DNA of 59,422 nt, taken from IMG/VR virus record IMGVR_UViG_3300031227_000043, positions 1 through 59,422 of that record; one strand, written 5' to 3'. Shown in pieces: positions 17,230-26,059 of the stretch; the first letter of the stretch is position 1, and each line of letters starts with the position of its first letter. The position numbers were made by a program, and so were the translations under genes. The stretch is from a virus (lineage: Duplodnaviria > Caudoviricetes). A model generated the notes under the pieces. The model searched no databases and was not told the origin of the DNA. It worked only from the letters and a program-made list of their open reading frames with translations.

Positions 17230-19992
17230 CTATCCTCCTGTATTGGTTAATGTTGTTGATAGCTGCAGCTCATATAGCTCATCTAGGCGGTCATCAGTAT
17301 ATTTGCCCAATGCGCCCCAGTTCAAGCCAATCTCCGGGTCCACTGGTATAGGCACACTGAGCTTGACTACATGCTCCATGGTGGCGGCCACTATTGGTAT
17401 GAATATAGGTATCAGTGGGATCTCTACTTCGCTTAATATGTCGTCGTGTATTTGCAGCAACGGCCAACAGTGCCAACCCTCATTGCGGAACTGCTTATAG
17501 ACCGAGTTGAGCTTGCCCATAGCCTTCTTGATGACACCTTGCGCCCCTGACTGGATCGGCATGTTGCCAGCTTCTCTAAGCGTCTTCTCTACTATGTATT
17601 TGTCAGCTGCCCGGACGCCGGGAGTGAGCCGAATGCGTCCCCACATGTCAGTGACATAGCCATAGCGGCGCGCCTGCTGCTGGACACGGGCCATGAATGC
17701 TTTAACACCAGGATATAGCGCAAACCACTCAGCTATAAACTCCTTGCAGCGGGCCACAGTCCATGTCTTGGCATCGGCGCCGTCAGCCATTAGGGTTTCA
17801 TGCAGGCCCATTTCAGTGCCGCCATATGGTATCAGGAAGTTAACGGTCTTGGCCGGACGCCGGTGATCGTATTTGCTCAGTTGGTCCATGGGTATGCCAA
17901 ATATCTCAGAAGCAGTCCGGCTGTGGATGTCTTGGCCCTTGTGGAAGACCTCCAACATAGTCGGGTCCTGGGATTCATGCGCCATCATGCGGAGTTCAAT
18001 CTGCGAATAGTCACTGCTGACTAAGACGCAACCTGGCGACGCTACAAACCCGGATCTGATCTTGCGGCCCTCTTCAGAGCGCACTGGCTGTGCCATTAAA
18101 TTTGGATCGAAAGTTGACAGCCTTCCAGTGGCGGTATTGGTGAGGCGAATATTGGGATGCACTCGGCTATCAGGCTGTATAAAGTGGATTACCGGTTTGC
18201 TATAGGTCGATATCAATTTCTCATAACCGCGCCAGTCTCGGTTCTTCTGGATAAGAGCGCCATGTGTAGGATTTTTGGTATAGACTGGGAGGACGTCCTC
18301 AGATGTTGATGCCAGTCCAGTAGCAGTGCGCTTGATTGGTGGTAGCTTCAGGATCTTATAGAGCAACTTACGCATGTCAGGATGCGACCCAGGATTGAAC
18401 CAGGTGTCAGCAGGCCATGAGGTAGTAATTGTTTCATCAGTAGCCAGACCCTGTACAGCTATATTTATTTCGTCGTCCAATTTGGCCCGTTTGCCTTCAA
18501 ATAGCTCAGTCAGCTCCTCAAAACGGCCACGGTTGACTCTCATACCGGCCTTTTGCATGTCTGACGCCATTGGGATTACCCCTATATCGTCTCTGTAGGC
18601 GCCCATGAGGCCATTATAAGCCTCCAACCGGTGCCGTAGGATGGGATATAGCATAAAAGTGGCGTCAGCGTCCGCACAGGCGTAATTCAGGGCTTCCGGG
18701 AATGGTATCTGGCCTAAATTGCCCATGAGCATGCGGCCCAGGACCATTTCGACGTTGGCGCGGCCCAGATGTGGTTGTATCTTGAGCCAGCGCTCTCTGG
18801 GGTTGGCTCCCTTGAAATGGTCATCCATGAGGATGCGCTCTATGCGTTTGGCCACTGACCATGGCTTTTTGACTTTGGGTTTGCCCTTGACATATTCCAG
18901 GATCTCAGGGACGTCGGGCCAGTCATGGTCCAGGGCGGCAGCTAGATAGCTCATGGCATTGAGGCGTATGGCAGGGGCTACTACAGCTGTATAGGTGCGC
19001 ATGAGCATGTAGCAGTAGCGAGCGGCTAACTGCTTGAGGCCTAGGGGTTCACACTGTAGGAGGTAAGACATGATTATGGTGTCATGGAGGGTGCCGCCAG
19101 GATATATGTCCATTTGCTCTAATATAGGCAGATCGAATAAGGCACTGTGCATGATAGTGGTGGTGGTAGGTAGAGATACGTGGGCATTCAAATGCTGCAG
19201 CAGTTCGGTAGAAGTGGCTCTGATCAGGCCAGCTGCATGTGGCCGGGTGCTGTAGGTGAGGCACCACGGTATGGATTTGACAAAGCTGACACCAGGGGTT
19301 GCCACCTCCATGGTCTCAGTGTCGATGGCTATGGTGGTGGTGGAGGCAAGATCATTGGCGAGCTGCTTGGTCGTGGTGACTTCATAATAGTCTACAGGCT
19401 CAGGTGGCAGTGTACCGGGCGCTGGCTCCGGTTCGATGTTGCCTAATACAGCTTGGGCCAGTATCTTGAAGTCTGCCTGGACATTATGCATCACAGCCGG
19501 ATTATGGAGACCTGCTGCCGGATGATATACGGGGACTACGACACAGGGCATGTCAGCGTATGTAGTGTCAAATACTCGGCCATGGACCACGGGCATGATG
19601 CTGCCAGGTAGGAATTCCCTGGTGGCTATGGCACCTACCGTGGCAATGATGCGAGGCCGTAGTTGCGCGATCTCCTGTTGCAGCCAGCGACTACATGCAG
19701 CCAACTCAGCAGGTTCAGGGTCACGGTTTTCAGGGCAGCGGCACTTGATGACATTGGTGATATACATAGAGTCAGGAGGCAGACCTACACGAGCACATAC
19801 TAAGTCCAGTTCACGACCTGACTTGCCAATGAATGGGCGGCCAGTGTTGTCCTCTTGTTTGCCGGGACCTTCACCTATGAGCATTACCGGGATGGGTATA
19901 GTGTTGGTATTGCCTAGACCCCATACTATATGGTGGCGCGTGAGGTGTAATAGGCAGCGAGTGCAGGTGTTGGCGAGTTTTAGCTGGGGCAT
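17230..19992 (-). CDS. DNA polymerase family A with N-terminal family-4 uracil-DNA glycosylase domain and 3'-5' exonuclease
   Basis: UDG4: CTRC, GEGPG, GRPFIGKSG, TNVIKC, YHPAA. Exo: DTET, FD, YACAD. Pol: TGRLS, DYSQIELR, RRPAKTVNFLIPYG, QIHDD. Confidence 0.95.
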   Translation of the reverse strand: MPQLKLANTCTRCLLHLTRHHIVWGLGNTNTIPIPVMLIGEGPGKQEDNTGRPFIGKSGRELDLVCARVGLPPDSMYITNVIKCRCPENRDPEPAELAACSRWLQQEIAQLRPRIIATVGAIATREFLPGSIMPVVHGRVFDTTYADMPCVVVPVYHPAAGLHNPAVMHNVQADFKILAQAVLGNIEPEPAPGTLPPEPVDYYEVTTTKQLANDLASTTTIAIDTETMEVATPGVSFVKSIPWCLTYSTRPHAAGLIRATSTELLQHLNAHVSLPTTTTIMHSALFDLPILEQMDIYPGGTLHDTIIMSYLLQCEPLGLKQLAARYCYMLMRTYTAVVAPAIRLNAMSYLAAALDHDWPDVPEILEYVKGKPKVKKPWSVAKRIERILMDDHFKGANPRERWLKIQPHLGRANVEMVLGRMLMGNLGQIPFPEALNYACADADATFMLYPILRHRLEAYNGLMGAYRDDIGVIPMASDMQKAGMRVNRGRFEELTELFEGKRAKLDDEINIAVQGLATDETITTSWPADTWFNPGSHPDMRKLLYKILKLPPIKRTATGLASTSEDVLPVYTKNPTHGALIQKNRDWRGYEKLISTYSKPVIHFIQPDSRVHPNIRLTNTATGRLSTFDPNLMAQPVRSEEGRKIRSGFVASPGCVLVSSDYSQIELRMMAHESQDPTMLEVFHKGQDIHSRTASEIFGIPMDQLSKYDHRRPAKTVNFLIPYGGTEMGLHETLMADGADAKTWTVARCKEFIAEWFALYPGVKAFMARVQQQARRYGYVTDMWGRIRLTPGVRAADKYIVEKTLREAGNMPIQSGAQGVIKKAMGKLNSVYKQFRNEGWHCWPLLQIHDDILSEVEIPLIPIFIPIVAATMEHVVKLSVPIPVDPEIGLNWGALGKYTDDRLDELYELQLSTTLTNTGG

Positions 19993-20237
19993 TAGGCAGC
20001 GTCTCCCTTGACTACAGCCTGCAACAGCAGATACTCTACTTCATCTCTCAAAGACTTCAAAGGCTGGTGCTTCGGATCATAGATATTATTCAAGGCATAG
20101 ACGATATCCTTGACATTGACTGGCCACTGCTTAATGACCTGGCCACCGCCCCATGCTTTAGGCCCACAGACTCTTATGTCGCCTATTTGGATGTGCAGGC
20201 CTTCGACGCCTGACACGTATCTAATTGTTGTTTTCAT
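19992..20237 (-). CDS. Hypothetical protein
   Basis: RBS GGGAGG; coupled to polymerase. Confidence 0.7.
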   Translation of the reverse strand: MKTTIRYVSGVEGLHIQIGDIRVCGPKAWGGGQVIKQWPVNVKDIVYALNNIYDPKHQPLKSLRDEVEYLLLQAVVKGDAA

Positions 20238-20935
20238 AGTGTTGTCGCCTCCCGCATCATATCCTCTGTGTTAGCTATAATAGCAATCAGCTCAAGTGGT
20301 ATGCCAAAGCGCTTCTGGTTAATCCCTATTGACGTGGCAAAGTTGCCATCATCATGGCGCTTGGTAGCAGCATACCAGTCGCAGACCATCTCTATTAGAT
20401 CGACCAGGTTCATGTCAAGGATACCATGCTTATAGAATTCGGCATGGTGCCTGTTGTGCTCATAGTGGTGTTGAAGTGCATCACCCAGCTCTCGGCAGCC
20501 ACTCTTATACTCCTCACTGCCGTAGGTGAGGCTGTGCAGTTTAGGCGTCACAGTAGCAAGTGGCGTCCGCTCAGGCTCCAGTAGCTTGGAGTCGTCATGG
20601 TGCAATGACCTATTAAGCAGCTTCATAGCTATGGTCATCAGCAGATCAGCTACTAACGCTATATGCTGCCTGGTTTCAGCCTGGAATGTTGCATAGTCAA
20701 TGTCAGTGTTGATAGCGGTGCGGTTGTCTACATCAGTGCCAACGTCATCTACATCCACACATCTGACAGCACCCTCTTTATGGGCATATTCTTTGGTATA
20801 GTCACTCTCGTCATCTACACCAAAGTCGTCGTCACCCCATTTCGATGACTGTATCCAAAGCCCACAGCGTTCACAGCACTTTCTACGACTTCCATAGGGC
20901 TGATTTCTTTGTGTTACAAGATGCATAATTTTCAT
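20234..20935 (-). CDS. DUF5662-like His/Asp-rich (HD-like) protein with Cys-containing N-terminal extension
   Basis: HHDDSKL, HHYEHNRHHAE, DLIEMVCDWYAA motifs. Confidence 0.7.
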   Translation of the reverse strand: MKIMHLVTQRNQPYGSRRKCCERCGLWIQSSKWGDDDFGVDDESDYTKEYAHKEGAVRCVDVDDVGTDVDNRTAINTDIDYATFQAETRQHIALVADLLMTIAMKLLNRSLHHDDSKLLEPERTPLATVTPKLHSLTYGSEEYKSGCRELGDALQHHYEHNRHHAEFYKHGILDMNLVDLIEMVCDWYAATKRHDDGNFATSIGINQKRFGIPLELIAIIANTEDMMREATTL

Positions 20936-21348
20936 CGCATTCTCCTTATCTTGCATTATAACGCTATCTTCTTATTTGAGGTGACATTGCGACCCTTTTC
21001 AAGGGCCTCGATGAAGGCACTTAAAGTTTTCCCACACGCCTCTAACGGGGTCTCCCCCATTGCGATATATGTTTGGTATAGCCCTTGGGCTGATGGTATT
21101 TGTGGGATATAGGCCGAAAAATCTCCGACCCAACCAAGCTGAAGGTGGTCGTGTTCGCCTGTTCGATAATTGTACCACGATACGATGGGGGTTGATTTTA
21201 ATACATCATGGCCCAATGTCCCATCAGGCAAAACTTCTTTTAATGTAACGTCATCAAGATACACCTTTTCCGTGGGGTTGTCACCACAACCACTGAGCAA
21301 TAAACAGATTGTTCCTATCATCAAAAGTTTCATCACATTCTCCTTATC
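20930..21348. repeat. 21-bp direct repeat pair flanking lipoprotein gene
   Basis: TTTCATCGCATTCTCCTTATC (20930-20950) vs TTTCATCACATTCTCCTTATC (21328-21348), 20/21 identical. Confidence 0.85.
20956..21333 (-). CDS. Predicted lipoprotein
   Basis: MKLLMIGTICLLLSGC lipobox; RBS AAGGAG. Confidence 0.75.
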   Translation of the reverse strand: MKLLMIGTICLLLSGCGDNPTEKVYLDDVTLKEVLPDGTLGHDVLKSTPIVSWYNYRTGEHDHLQLGWVGDFSAYIPQIPSAQGLYQTYIAMGETPLEACGKTLSAFIEALEKGRNVTSNKKIAL

Positions 21349-21610
21349 CTTGGTAGTAGTCTACCTTACAGATAAATCTGTAAGCAGTTTTGCCAATGCG
21401 CTTGAGCGTCCTGGTGCTAGGCCCAAGGCACACATATATGTAATGCGGCACAATATAGTGCCTGAATCCAACCTGGAAATTAGGTATGCATATGCCATTA
21501 AACCTGATAGTCCAGGTATGGAAGCCTATAAACAGAGAGCCCTTGCAGATATCGAATGCATGCAGTAGGCCCATTGGGAAACTCCATTGCCAATATTTAG
21601 CCGTGTCCAT
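21344..21610 (-). CDS. Hypothetical protein
   Basis: RBS AGGTGA; in-operon. Confidence 0.55.
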   Translation of the reverse strand: MDTAKYWQWSFPMGLLHAFDICKGSLFIGFHTWTIRFNGICIPNFQVGFRHYIVPHYIYVCLGPSTRTLKRIGKTAYRFICKVDYYQG

Positions 21611-21615
21611 ATCAC

Positions 21616-22032
21616 CTACACCAGTCCTTTCTCGACAGCTAGCCACTCAGGCACTAATATCACATTATCAGTGCCGCCGTCGCCTTGGTCGAATTTGCAA
21701 TTAGATTTAGGAAACCAATACATACGACGGCTGATTCTAACGCACCATGCCGCATCAGTGTCGTAGGTTGCCATACGAGTGTCGTAGTCTATGGGTATGA
21801 GCTCACTGCCGTGGCGCTCCTGAGTATGGTCACTATATTGCTCCCGTATCTGTGCCGGAGTTTGCCAGGATCGTAGGCATATGCCAGGCTTGCTGCCGCG
21901 ATCACCAGTTGGTGGCGAATACCCACAGCTCCTGCAATATGGTTGGCCACTGTGCAGCTTGCCGGTCATGGAGCTGTGGCACCTTGGACATGTGGATATA
22001 GCAGCAGTAGTTGTTTTAGCACTCATGGTCAT
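21616..22032 (-). CDS. Zn-ribbon protein with C-terminal beta domain
   Basis: CPRC...CRSCGY; WFPKS and VPEWLA-x-EKGL motifs. Confidence 0.7.
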   Translation of the reverse strand: MTMSAKTTTAAISTCPRCHSSMTGKLHSGQPYCRSCGYSPPTGDRGSKPGICLRSWQTPAQIREQYSDHTQERHGSELIPIDYDTRMATYDTDAAWCVRISRRMYWFPKSNCKFDQGDGGTDNVILVPEWLAVEKGLV

Positions 22033-22071
22033 TTGCCTCCTTATTTTACGACCTAAATCCTCTGGTATTGT

Positions 22072-22266
22072 TCAGGCGGCTTCTATCTCATTTCTTAAAA
22101 AGTTTTTCACGGAATCCCGTGGCTCAGTCCTTATTAAGATGGTTTCACTTCCGTCCAATTCATGGCAGTGGTATTCGACATACCCTTCAAACTCTTTTAT
22201 GCCCTGTTGATGAAGACCAGAATAGTCGATTGTTATTTTACGTTTCACGCTTTCCTTACCATTCAT
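22072..22266 (-). CDS. Small hypothetical protein
   Basis: RBS GGGAGG. Confidence 0.55.
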   Translation of the reverse strand: MNGKESVKRKITIDYSGLHQQGIKEFEGYVEYHCHELDGSETILIRTEPRDSVKNFLRNEIEAA

Positions 22267-22286
22267 TTTCACCCCTCCCTTTAAAA

Positions 22287-22553
22287 TCATACGTTATTAT
22301 CATAAAGTGCCCACTCGATCCCCGCACAAAATTCAGTCGCTTCTTGCCACCACTCAATACTGCGTGGCATAGGTATCACTTTACTTGACACCACCCGTAG
22401 ATCAACCGTTCTGCATGTACTCACACAGGCCGATGGTTTATTGTGTGGAGTTAGTATCCGTACATCGGCGGTTGGAAAACTAGGGCTTAACTCTATCAAC
22501 TCAATATGCCCAACATCGCCACTGGTGGTTATAACTCTGTCGCCTATTTCCAT
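22287..22553 (-). CDS. KOW/SH3-like small protein
   Basis: MEIGDRV...G-x2-GHI pattern. Confidence 0.6.
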   Translation of the reverse strand: MEIGDRVITTSGDVGHIELIELSPSFPTADVRILTPHNKPSACVSTCRTVDLRVVSSKVIPMPRSIEWWQEATEFCAGIEWALYDNNV

Positions 22554-22595
22554 TACCCCATCCTCCATTTAACACCTTGAGGTACTGTCTCTGTA

Positions 22596-23366
22596 TCATT
22601 TGCCATCCATTTGCTTAGTTATCTTAGCCGCCAACACCTTACCGATACCAGGCACATTGCGCAAGTCGGCGTCTGTAGCAGCCAGCACAAACTCTAATAG
22701 TGAATCATTATATCTGTCGGCCACCAGCTTACTCTTCTCCCAGCCTATGCCCTCGAATTCCTTCAGCACACGACGCAATAGGCTAGGCCTCTTCAGCAAT
22801 ACGCCTTGAGTAGGTGGCAGATCAATATGGAATTGCTGGTGTGACTTATGATCAGACCACTTCTTGCTCCACCAGCTGTGGGTGTTAGTTAGCCATTGCC
22901 CACTGGCTGCTAATGTAGAGGTCTGCCATATATGGATGCCACACATCATTGCCAGACTATTGAGGTAGTTGTCTACTTCGCTGGTCATATAGCGGCGTCG
23001 GCTATTGCCTAATGCGACATCTTGCCATTGGCCACGTCTGAAATGCTGTAGTATGCCAGAGCTGCTGGCGCGCCATATGCCTTCCAGTAGCAAATAGTTA
23101 TAGTCGTAGGTATTGGTCATGCCTAGGAGTTGGTGACCTGATAAGCGCCCGGAGTCGATGCTGCTCAATAGGTCAGTGAGGGTTTTACGTTCGACACCGA
23201 CAGTGCAGGGGCCGTCTGGGCCATTGCCTATCCAGTAGGCGTCGCCATAGGCTAGACGTGTGAGCTCAGTGGCCTTGGCAGCGTTGGGTATGACACCCAT
23301 TAGCTCTTTGGAGCCTACGCGATTGTCAACATATATGGTTCGGGTACAGGCAAGTTTATTGGTCAT
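22596..23366 (-). CDS. ERCC4/XPF-type structure-specific nuclease with HhH motif (probable resolvase)
   Basis: VD-x-R, GD, VGVERKT-x2-D (GDxnERK) and C-terminal VPGIGKVLA HhH. Confidence 0.85.
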   Translation of the reverse strand: MTNKLACTRTIYVDNRVGSKELMGVIPNAAKATELTRLAYGDAYWIGNGPDGPCTVGVERKTLTDLLSSIDSGRLSGHQLLGMTNTYDYNYLLLEGIWRASSSGILQHFRRGQWQDVALGNSRRRYMTSEVDNYLNSLAMMCGIHIWQTSTLAASGQWLTNTHSWWSKKWSDHKSHQQFHIDLPPTQGVLLKRPSLLRRVLKEFEGIGWEKSKLVADRYNDSLLEFVLAATDADLRNVPGIGKVLAAKITKQMDGK

Positions 23367-23899
23367 GAGCCCTCACTTTCAGAGTAGTTAAGAGCCTCTG
23401 CCAAGTCTGCAGCTTCCATATCTGCATACTCATCCATCCAGATATGGGTAGGAGCCCTCCTTGCCAACCTCTCACTTTCTATCTCAGTAATCAGTCCTAT
23501 TAGGATATCTCGTTGTAGCGGCGTTAGGGTCCTATTACCACATAGTGCTTGCCTCCAGCCTCTATCGTAGCCAGCCCTGTAGCCTGTCCGACGTCCGATA
23601 CTATCAGCATTTACCATAGCCATCTGCAGCCATCTATCGCGCTGGTCTGTTATGAAGAACCTGGGCACCTTGATAAAGCGATAGAGTTTGCGCAATACAG
23701 CTACTATGACATTGATGCCTAATGGATAGCAGATTGCACAGTCATATGCACTCTGCCAATAGGCAATGCCATAGCCTCTGGGAATAAGGCAGCCCTCTTT
23801 AAGTACATGGCCCGACATACTGAAGCGCCACCACGGCCTACTGAGTACCCTGACTTTGCCATCTGCTTCTTTGTATAGTTCCAAGTATGGTATTGTCAT
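23363..23899 (-). CDS. Hypothetical protein
   Basis: ATGA overlaps at both ends. Confidence 0.65.
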   Translation of the reverse strand: MTIPYLELYKEADGKVRVLSRPWWRFSMSGHVLKEGCLIPRGYGIAYWQSAYDCAICYPLGINVIVAVLRKLYRFIKVPRFFITDQRDRWLQMAMVNADSIGRRTGYRAGYDRGWRQALCGNRTLTPLQRDILIGLITEIESERLARRAPTHIWMDEYADMEAADLAEALNYSESEGS

Positions 23900-24123
23900 A
23901 TGCCATCCACCTCCTCACGCCATTGTCCCATGACCCGTATAGCATCGCCTGTTGGCAGCTCTACCTTTACCATCTCATACATTACATCGCCATGGTTGCA
24001 ATACGGTGGCAGTGCCATCTCAGTGGTCAGTGGGAAGGTGCGGGTATGCCCACATATTGGACATGCAAATAGTGTAAAGTCACGTTTGCGCTTTGGTACT
24101 GATATTGTTATCGCCTTTGCCAT
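23896..24123 (-). CDS. Small Zn-ribbon protein
   Basis: CPICG...C-x-H; starts within a cassette repeat. Confidence 0.65.
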   Translation of the reverse strand: MAKAITISVPKRKRDFTLFACPICGHTRTFPLTTEMALPPYCNHGDVMYEMVKVELPTGDAIRVMGQWREEVDGI

Positions 24124-24127
24124 ATGC

Positions 24128-24424
24128 TTAATCCTCCTCACCACCATTTACGAACCATGCCAGGATCTCGCCATGACATGGACTAGGTTTACACCAACAG
24201 CCCAGGATCTTGCCGCTCAATTCTCTCTTGGCCTCCTCCAGACTAGGTTGCTGTCTTCCATCTGGTGCAGCTATCCTGCCACATAGCCAGTCTTCGTATA
24301 GCTGTACCACTTCCAGTCTGGTGCCGTGTTTGCCTATACTGAATGGATTGCCCCACTTGCTGGGCCTACCTATATAGACGTCATATGAGTCATATCTGCA
24401 ATTGACCACTGTGGTTTTAGGCAT
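24128..24424 (-). CDS. DUF4326 family protein
   Basis: YDVYIGRPSKWGNPF...LSGKILGCWCKP-x2-CHG motif. Confidence 0.9.
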   Translation of the reverse strand: MPKTTVVNCRYDSYDVYIGRPSKWGNPFSIGKHGTRLEVVQLYEDWLCGRIAAPDGRQQPSLEEAKRELSGKILGCWCKPSPCHGEILAWFVNGGEED

Positions 24425-24428
24425 ATGC

Positions 24429-24620
24429 TTAACCCTCCTTCTTCTGTTTAGTATACGCCTTCTCAGCCAGACTTATTAGATTGCCTGTCAAGCTGCAGGC
24501 TGAATCAATAGCCTCGAAGAGCATCTTGGAGCTCAGGCTCAGCATGATTACAGAGCCTGCCACTGCCGGTCCTCGGCCATTCTCATCTGCTATCGTTACT
24601 GATATAATTACCTCTTTCAT
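24429..24620 (-). CDS. Small hypothetical protein
   Basis: Between cassette repeats; starts MKEVIISV. Confidence 0.6.
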   Translation of the reverse strand: MKEVIISVTIADENGRGPAVAGSVIMLSLSSKMLFEAIDSACSLTGNLISLAEKAYTKQKKEG

Positions 24621-24624
24621 ATGT

Positions 24625-24846
24625 TTAACCCTCCTTATCCAGATCAATCTCTTTGAACGAGTAGCCCTCAAATATTGAGATACACCCTGCTGTGTACATT
24701 CCAATGTCAATATCTCCCAGGATAGCATGGGAGTAAGTAAATGCACAGGAGGAGTGCCAGGGCGAAGACCGTTCATGAGTAATACTGACTAGTTTGGATA
24801 TATCGTCACCGTCTTCATCAAAGAATGCCAGTTGTTTCGTGTCCAC
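24625..24846 (-). CDS. Small hypothetical protein
   Basis: GTG start within the cassette repeat. Confidence 0.55.
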   Translation of the reverse strand: MDTKQLAFFDEDGDDISKLVSITHERSSPWHSSCAFTYSHAILGDIDIGMYTAGCISIFEGYSFKEIDLDKEG

Positions 24847-24850
24847 ATGC

Positions 24851-25264
24851 TTAACCCTCCTTACCATTGCCTTTGCCACTGCCATGTACGCTATCCACAA
24901 ACCTCAGCCTATCTAGCTCACCATCGCCACTGAACATCTTCTCAATGGTATCCCACATAGCTTCCTTAACCTTGAGTAGCTCAGACTCATAGGTATGCAG
25001 AAAGCTAAGTGTCGGATCTCGCAATGCCGCCTGCTTATCGACGTCGCGCATTACCAATCGAGCATATATGTAGCGTGGGGCTAATTCAGGATGCGCATAT
25101 ACGTCAGGTGCAGTGGAGCCTGTTGAGTGCTCGGGTAGTGGCTCTAGTTCGACGTAGGCGTAATGTGTCTGCTCGTAGTCGGCGACAGTATTAGGCACAG
25201 ATAGCCAGGCAGCGCCTTCATTCTGCAATATACGAGTGCCTTTGAATAGTTCGTCCTTGGTCAT
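24851..25264 (-). CDS. Hypothetical protein
   Basis: RBS AAGGAGG; ATGA overlap. Confidence 0.7.
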   Translation of the reverse strand: MTKDELFKGTRILQNEGAAWLSVPNTVADYEQTHYAYVELEPLPEHSTGSTAPDVYAHPELAPRYIYARLVMRDVDKQAALRDPTLSFLHTYESELLKVKEAMWDTIEKMFSGDGELDRLRFVDSVHGSGKGNGKEG

Positions 25265-25554
25265 TTGCCTGCTACCTCCTTCCGATGTTTGTAATACTCT
25301 TTGGATCGCGCGTTGTAGTCATCCCAATCGCACAATACACTCTCCAGGGAGCGGAGAGCCATGAGTAGGTTGGTGGTCTCTTCCGGCAACATAGAGGCGT
25401 CACTACTCATATTCGTGATAGTGGCGATTGCTCCACGTAGCCGTAGCTTATTCCAGTTACGCTCACGAGCCCACTGCTGACTGATTGTGGGTCCTGGCCG
25501 TGGAGGCTGCCCCTGTACTGCTTGCCAATGCCTTTTGATATTATCCTCTGCCAT
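25261..25554 (-). CDS. Hypothetical protein
   Basis: RBS AAGGAGG. Confidence 0.7.
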   Translation of the reverse strand: MAEDNIKRHWQAVQGQPPRPGPTISQQWARERNWNKLRLRGAIATITNMSSDASMLPEETTNLLMALRSLESVLCDWDDYNARSKEYYKHRKEVAGK

Positions 25555-25557
25555 AAT

Positions 25558-25848
25558 CTAGTCCTCCTTTCTATTGCTATTGCCGTCACCCACTACCAGC
25601 TCTCTCTCCTCAATTACCTTTTGCGCCTCCATCTCCCACGTTCGGGCATCGCCTAGTATGTAGATGGTGGTTCGGCCTTCAACCTTGAAGGTAGTGTACT
25701 GAGGTCACTTGGTAAAGCTGTCAGTGTAGGTGGCAGCCACATCAGCAACATCGTTGGGCGGTGTCAGCATAGTAGCAACCCATGCCACACCCAGTATTAC
25801 AATTATAACACACGCAATAAACGCTAAGGCTTTTAATGTGCTGCCCAT
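25558..25848 (-). CDS. Membrane-anchored protein with in-frame UGA at codon 48 (readthrough/Sec candidate, or pseudogene)
   Basis: MGSTLKALAFIACVIIVILGVAWVATMLTPPNDVADVAATYTDSFTK*PQYTTFKVEGRTTIYILGDARTWEMEAQKVIEERELVVGDGNSNRKED. TGA at 25705-25707; final TAG abuts the next gene's RBS. Confidence 0.6.
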
Positions 25849-25852
25849 GTCA

Positions 25853-26026
25853 TTACTCCTTCTGTAGCTGTATATCTATGCGCACCATTTCGGCTACCCG
25901 GTAAGCCTTGACGATATGCATATCAGTTTCCACTACCACTTTGCGATTGCCGCTCAATACACTATTCAGCGCTTCTGCAACAGTCTCATCTAATACAACA
26001 CTGTATGTTAGTTTTGCGTCTGCCAT
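25853..26026 (-). CDS. Small hypothetical protein
   Basis: RBS GGGAGG; starts MADAKL. Confidence 0.65.
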   Translation of the reverse strand: MADAKLTYSVVLDETVAEALNSVLSGNRKVVVETDMHIVKAYRVAEMVRIDIQLQKE

Positions 26027-26059
26027 GACTAATACCTCCCTATCTAATGTATAATGTAT

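Larger units (their letters stand above)
24121..24862 (-). repeat. Four copies of a ~19-bp RBS-stop-start motif AAGGAGGGTTAAGCAT(A/G)TG
   Basis: Copies at ~24121-24139, 24422-24440, 24618-24636 and 24844-24862, each at a gene junction. Confidence 0.85.

Noticed and set aside
16561-17230. Group I intron or intein associated with the HNH next to the polymerase
   Set aside because: The polymerase ORF is complete through motif C; the HNH is free-standing with its own RBS.
22033-22074. TGA at 22072 followed in-frame by the 21616-22032 gene
   Set aside because: The downstream gene has its own strong AAGGAGG RBS and no hairpin was seen after the TGA; likely coincidence.
24121-24862. CRISPR array interpretation of the junction or octamer repeats
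   Set aside because: Spacers are whole genes of unequal length, or absent; the Cas4-like gene is a typical phage exonuclease.
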